Source: Nannocystales bacterium (GTDB lineage Bacteria > Myxococcota_A > Polyangia > Nannocystales > Nannocystaceae). Taken from it: 64,000 nt of DNA. This document shows positions 60,462 to 64,000 of this stretch, piece by piece. Below the pieces are notes generated by a model. That model did not search any database and was not told the DNA's origin. It saw nothing but the letters and a program-made list of their open reading frames with translations. The stretch spans positions 288,001 through 352,000 of the forward strand of contig JBOEGF010000018.1 in the NCBI GenBank assembly GCA_050633305.1, read 5' to 3'. The position numbers were made by a program, and so were the translations under genes. Every line of letters starts with the position of its first letter. Within the stretch, counting starts at the first letter, position 1.

Positions 60462-61535
60462 GTGCCCCGCGATCGTCGCTTCCTGCTCTGGCCCGCGGTG
60501 TTGTGTGCGAGTTGGCTGATGGCGTGCGATGACGCCGCTGAGCCACCGATATCGGAAGCAGGGCCGCCGGCCGTAGCGCCCGTTGCGGAACCCGCGGCGG
60601 TGGTGCTGACGCCCCCGGGCTTCGACGCGGCACTCGCCCGGGGCATTGTTTCGCCATCTGTGGACGACGGCACGTACCGCGTCGATCCGTTTGTCGCCAC
60701 GCTTGTGTACGAACGGCTTCGCACCGACACCACGCCACTCGCATGGGTCGAGGCCGACGGACCGGCACCTGCGGGGTACCAGGTGGGGCCAGTCGAGGAG
60801 TCGGACGTGTTGTTCAAACTCGGGCTGCGGTCCGGCGACATTGTCGAGGCGCTCAACGGGGTTTCGTTGCAAACCGCGGAGCAGCGGGAGCTCGCGATCG
60901 ACGCCGCGGAGAATCGACTCACGGTCATGATCTTTCGCGAAGATCTCAGCTTCACGAATAGCTACCGATTCGATGGGGGCTTGGCGTGGCGAGATGTGAT
61001 CGGCGGGGCAGAAGAACCTGCGCCCCGCGACGAACCGAGCGTGGCCGAAGCGGGCGTGGAGCCGGGCGACGCGGCGGCGCCGATCGAGGCGGCCCACGAT
61101 GGGCCGACGTCATCGTCGAAGAAAACACGTCGAGTGACCCGGCCGGCGGCGAAGCCGAAGCGACCCAACACCAAGCCTCCGGCCCCACGTTCATCGGAGA
61201 TCCGCTGCTCGAGTGGGTCCGCGTGCACGATCACGAAACGAAAGTTCGACGACCTCCGCTCGTCCCCGAGCCGAATGCAAAAGGGCGTAGACATTGTTCC
61301 TGCGATCAGAAACGACGTCTTCAGCGGATACAAGCTCAAGCGGGTCAACGCGGGCTCGTCGGTCCACCAGCTTGGATTTCGCTCCGGAGACAAAATCACG
61401 CACATCAATGGCCGGGACCTCACTGACGACACCCAGGCGATGGCGCTCTACTGGTCGCTGGGCTCCTCCAAGGTCTTCAAGATCCGCTACGAACGCGGGG
61501 GGCGGAAGCAGGTCAAGACCGTCCGCGTCGTTTGA
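60462..61535 (+). CDS. Tandem PDZ lipoprotein (GspC-like PDZ domains)
   Basis: LGLRSGDIVEALNG and LGFRSGDKITHING PDZ motifs, LMAC lipobox. Confidence 0.8.
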   Translation: MPRDRRFLLWPAVLCASWLMACDDAAEPPISEAGPPAVAPVAEPAAVVLTPPGFDAALARGIVSPSVDDGTYRVDPFVATLVYERLRTDTTPLAWVEADGPAPAGYQVGPVEESDVLFKLGLRSGDIVEALNGVSLQTAEQRELAIDAAENRLTVMIFREDLSFTNSYRFDGGLAWRDVIGGAEEPAPRDEPSVAEAGVEPGDAAAPIEAAHDGPTSSSKKTRRVTRPAAKPKRPNTKPPAPRSSEIRCSSGSACTITKRKFDDLRSSPSRMQKGVDIVPAIRNDVFSGYKLKRVNAGSSVHQLGFRSGDKITHINGRDLTDDTQAMALYWSLGSSKVFKIRYERGGRKQVKTVRVV

Positions 61536-61579
61536 CCGAGACGCTCCGACCCCTGCTGTATGATAGAAGGCCACGCTCG

Positions 61580-62836
61580 ATGAAGCGGATTCTCCTGCGC
61601 GTCGGCGGACTCTTGGTCGTCCTTGCTGTGTTGTCCCTCGGGGCAGCCGTAGGATTGGCGTGGGTGCTGGGTCCGCCCACGTACGACGACTACGACGCAG
61701 GCGACTTCGAGTTCGACAGGCAAGGGGACGTGCTGGCCGGCAAGCGGATCGTTGAGCTCGCCTGCCTCCGCTGCCACTACGACCCGACGACTGACAGCCT
61801 TGCGGGCCGGCGACTCGCACCCGAGTTCAAGGCGTTGGGCCAAGCCCATGCCCCCAACCTGACCCAGGACGAGGTACGCGGCATCGGCTCGTGGACAGAA
61901 GCCGAGTTGGTGATGCTGCTTCGCTCCGGGGTTCACCCCCAGCGCAAGACACGGCTCCCGCCGTGGATGCCGTTTCACCCCAACATCTCCGACGTCGATC
62001 TCGCGAACCTCGTCGCATACCTTCGCAGCGACGACCCGTGGGTTACCCCGCAGCGGACCACGGAGACCAAGAGCAAGCTATCGCTGCGCTCGGTGTTGCG
62101 GGCGTGGATGGCCTGGGAGCCAGGCCCCGCGCAGCTCTCGGTCGTCGAGCGTCCGCGGGAGTCCGAACCCGTTGCGTTGGGTGCGTACCTGGCCAATGAT
62201 CTACTGCAGTGTCATGGCTGCCACAGCGCCTCGGCCGAGACGGTGAACTGGCTGGTCCCGCAGGATACTGCTGGGTTCTATCAAGGAGGGGCGAAGGTCA
62301 CCGACCTCGCGGGCAATACCGTCGTGGCGCCGGGACTGACGCCCTCGCCCAAGGCGGGCATCGGCGGTTGGACGTACGAGGAGTTTCGGCGCGCGCTCAC
62401 CGAAGGGGTGACGCCGGTCGGCAAGATCGTTCGCTGGCCGATGCCGACGTACCCGCGGCTGACCGAGGGGGAAACCTCGGCCATGTACGCCTATTTCCAG
62501 ACCCTGGCGCCGAACAACGCAAAACTCAAGCGGGCACCGCCCTACAGGGTGTCGCCGGAGATCGTGGACCCGGGCCGCCACCAGTTCGAGCGGCTTGGCT
62601 GTCCCAGCTGTCATGCGCCGGATGCCCTGGGTCCGCTGAGTCTGAAGAAGGTCCCCGAGAAGTACCCCGACGATGCGTCGTTGATCGAGTACATCTCCGA
62701 CCCTCGCTTCGTCGATCCCAACGCCTGGATGGGCGCATACGGAAAACTCGTGTCCGACGAAGAGATGACCGCGCTCGCCGAGTACGTGCGTCGCCGAGTT
62801 GAGCGTGGCCCCTACGCTCCGCCGCCCAAAGAGTGA
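61580..62836 (+). CDS. Membrane-anchored tri-haem c-type cytochrome
   Basis: CLRCH, CHGCH and CPSCH, two APNLT/APGLT..GIG.WT repeats, N-terminal TM segment. Confidence 0.9.
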   Translation: MKRILLRVGGLLVVLAVLSLGAAVGLAWVLGPPTYDDYDAGDFEFDRQGDVLAGKRIVELACLRCHYDPTTDSLAGRRLAPEFKALGQAHAPNLTQDEVRGIGSWTEAELVMLLRSGVHPQRKTRLPPWMPFHPNISDVDLANLVAYLRSDDPWVTPQRTTETKSKLSLRSVLRAWMAWEPGPAQLSVVERPRESEPVALGAYLANDLLQCHGCHSASAETVNWLVPQDTAGFYQGGAKVTDLAGNTVVAPGLTPSPKAGIGGWTYEEFRRALTEGVTPVGKIVRWPMPTYPRLTEGETSAMYAYFQTLAPNNAKLKRAPPYRVSPEIVDPGRHQFERLGCPSCHAPDALGPLSLKKVPEKYPDDASLIEYISDPRFVDPNAWMGAYGKLVSDEEMTALAEYVRRRVERGPYAPPPKE

Positions 62837-63474
62837 GCGGCACCCCGCAGAAGGTCGGCGATGCTCACGGCGAGGTCCTGGACGAACTCGACGCGCAGCG
62901 ATGCCATATCCTCTCGAGCTAGGATATCTGCGATCACGGGCGACGGAAATGCGATCTGCCTCAGGCCGATGAGAAGCGCGTACATGCGGAGGAGGGTTCG
63001 CGGCCCTGACCCCTTGGGAAGCGGTGGCCACACGAGCTCCAGAGCCTCTCCCGCAGCATGAATCTGGTCTCGAAGCACCAGCTTGAACGCGAGCGCTGCT
63101 GGGGCGTCGACGTTCTGCTCCAGAATCGTGTGCAGGATGACGAGCAGGTCGCTGAGTGTGCGACGTGTCTCGAGACTGCTGGCGAACTCCTGTCCGAGGA
63201 CGTCGGGGTTCACCGTCGGAAGTGTCGCAAGGCGTTCGCGAAGCGCTCCGAACCACGCCACAAGCTCGCGCTCGAGCAGCGCGAGGAACAGCTCCTCCTT
63301 GCTACGGAAGTAGAGGTAGAGGGTGCCCTTGGCGAGGCCACTTTGGGCGGCCACCTGCGCCATCGTGATGCGAGCGTAGGGATGCGAGCCCAGCAGGGCA
63401 TCGGCCTCGGAGAGGATCGCGGCGCGTCGGGCCTGTTTGTCTTCGTGGTTTCGGGCTCGCTGACGCAGCGCCAT
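62812..63474 (-). CDS. TetR-family transcriptional regulator
   Basis: ITMAQVA..SGLAKGTLYLYFRSKEELF. Start ATG 63474 overlaps the ALDH stop codon (TGATG). Confidence 0.92.
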   Translation of the reverse strand: MALRQRARNHEDKQARRAAILSEADALLGSHPYARITMAQVAAQSGLAKGTLYLYFRSKEELFLALLERELVAWFGALRERLATLPTVNPDVLGQEFASSLETRRTLSDLLVILHTILEQNVDAPAALAFKLVLRDQIHAAGEALELVWPPLPKGSGPRTLLRMYALLIGLRQIAFPSPVIADILAREDMASLRVEFVQDLAVSIADLLRGAAHSLGGGA

Positions 63475-64000
63475 CAGTGCACCAGCTTCCGCAAGATGCG
63501 GCGCTTCGTGTCGTCGTAGGGCGGGTACTTCACCGACGGGTCGAGGAAGTTGGCGGTCTTGAGCACGCCCTTCTTGTGGGAGAAGGCCTCGAACGAGTGG
63601 TGTCCATGGTAGGCGCCCAACCCACTGCTTCCGACCCCGCCAAAGGGCAGCTTGTGGTCGCTGAAGTGCAGCAACGTATTGTTGATGCATCCGCCCCCGA
63701 ACGAGACGCGGTCGAGGATGAGCTGCTCCTCGGAGGCGGTTGTGGTGAACAGATACAACGCCAAGGGGTTGGGGTTCTTCCCGATGGTTTCGACAACCTC
63801 ATCGAGGCTCTCGAAGTCGAGGACCGGGAGGAGGGGGCCGAAGATCTCCTGGCCCATGACTTTGTCGTCCAGGGTCACCTCGGTCATCACCGTGGGGGAG
63901 ATGTAGCGGTCGGCGGCGTCGGTCTTGCCCCCGTGGGCAACCTTGGCCTCGTCGATGAGTCCGGCGACGCGGGCGAAGTGCCGGTCGTTGATGATCCGCC
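63474..64000 (-). CDS. Aldehyde dehydrogenase (ALDH3-like), 5' end outside the window
   Basis: QEIFGPLLP, PLALYLF, GGGCIN, PFGGVGSSGLGAYHG, YPPY. Confidence 0.92.
   Translation of the reverse strand, partial: RIINDRHFARVAGLIDEAKVAHGGKTDAADRYISPTVMTEVTLDDKVMGQEIFGPLLPVLDFESLDEVVETIGKNPNPLALYLFTTTASEEQLILDRVSFGGGCINNTLLHFSDHKLPFGGVGSSGLGAYHGHHSFEAFSHKKGVLKTANFLDPSVKYPPYDDTKRRILRKLVH

Noticed and set aside
60462..61535. Type II secretion system locus
   Set aside because: Only PDZ similarity to GspC. No secretin, ATPase or pseudopilin genes are in the window.

Overview
GC-rich, densely coding bacterial DNA. A MYXO-CTERM sorting signal, many lipoproteins with long acidic Ser/Thr/Asp/Gly linkers, and the ECF and sigma-54 regulators point to a myxobacterium, probably Nannocystaceae-like (inference). 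Main content: (1) 1-18.2 kb, an iron/haem acquisition island. It has two near-identical Fur-box-like operators, a translationally coupled operon (small Cys-rich lipoprotein, HmuY, surface-anchored HExxH metalloprotease, TonB-dependent receptor, second HmuY), a double Kelch lipoprotein, an imelysin / di-haem DHOR / DUF1513 / imelysin / MauG-like operon, a second TonB-dependent receptor and a second di-haem peroxidase-family gene. (2) A sigma-54 two-component system with two divergent -24/-12 promoters sharing tandem palindromic enhancer sites. (3) A starch/maltodextrin locus (LamB-like porin, three GH13 lipoproteins, MalK-type ATPase) interrupted by NUDIX and helicase genes. (4) A regulatory patch at 36.8-41 kb with a candidate structured sRNA, an ECF sigma factor and membrane partner, a degenerate NUDIX and a sigma-70 factor. 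(5) Assorted hydrolases, a DsbA-like protein, a GMC oxidoreductase pair, a 6 kb alpha-2-macroglobulin, TPR and PDZ proteins, a tri-haem cytochrome, a TetR regulator and an aldehyde dehydrogenase. No rRNA, tRNA, CRISPR array or transposase was seen. All family calls come from motif recognition by eye, not from database searches, and several start codons were corrected from the ORF track.
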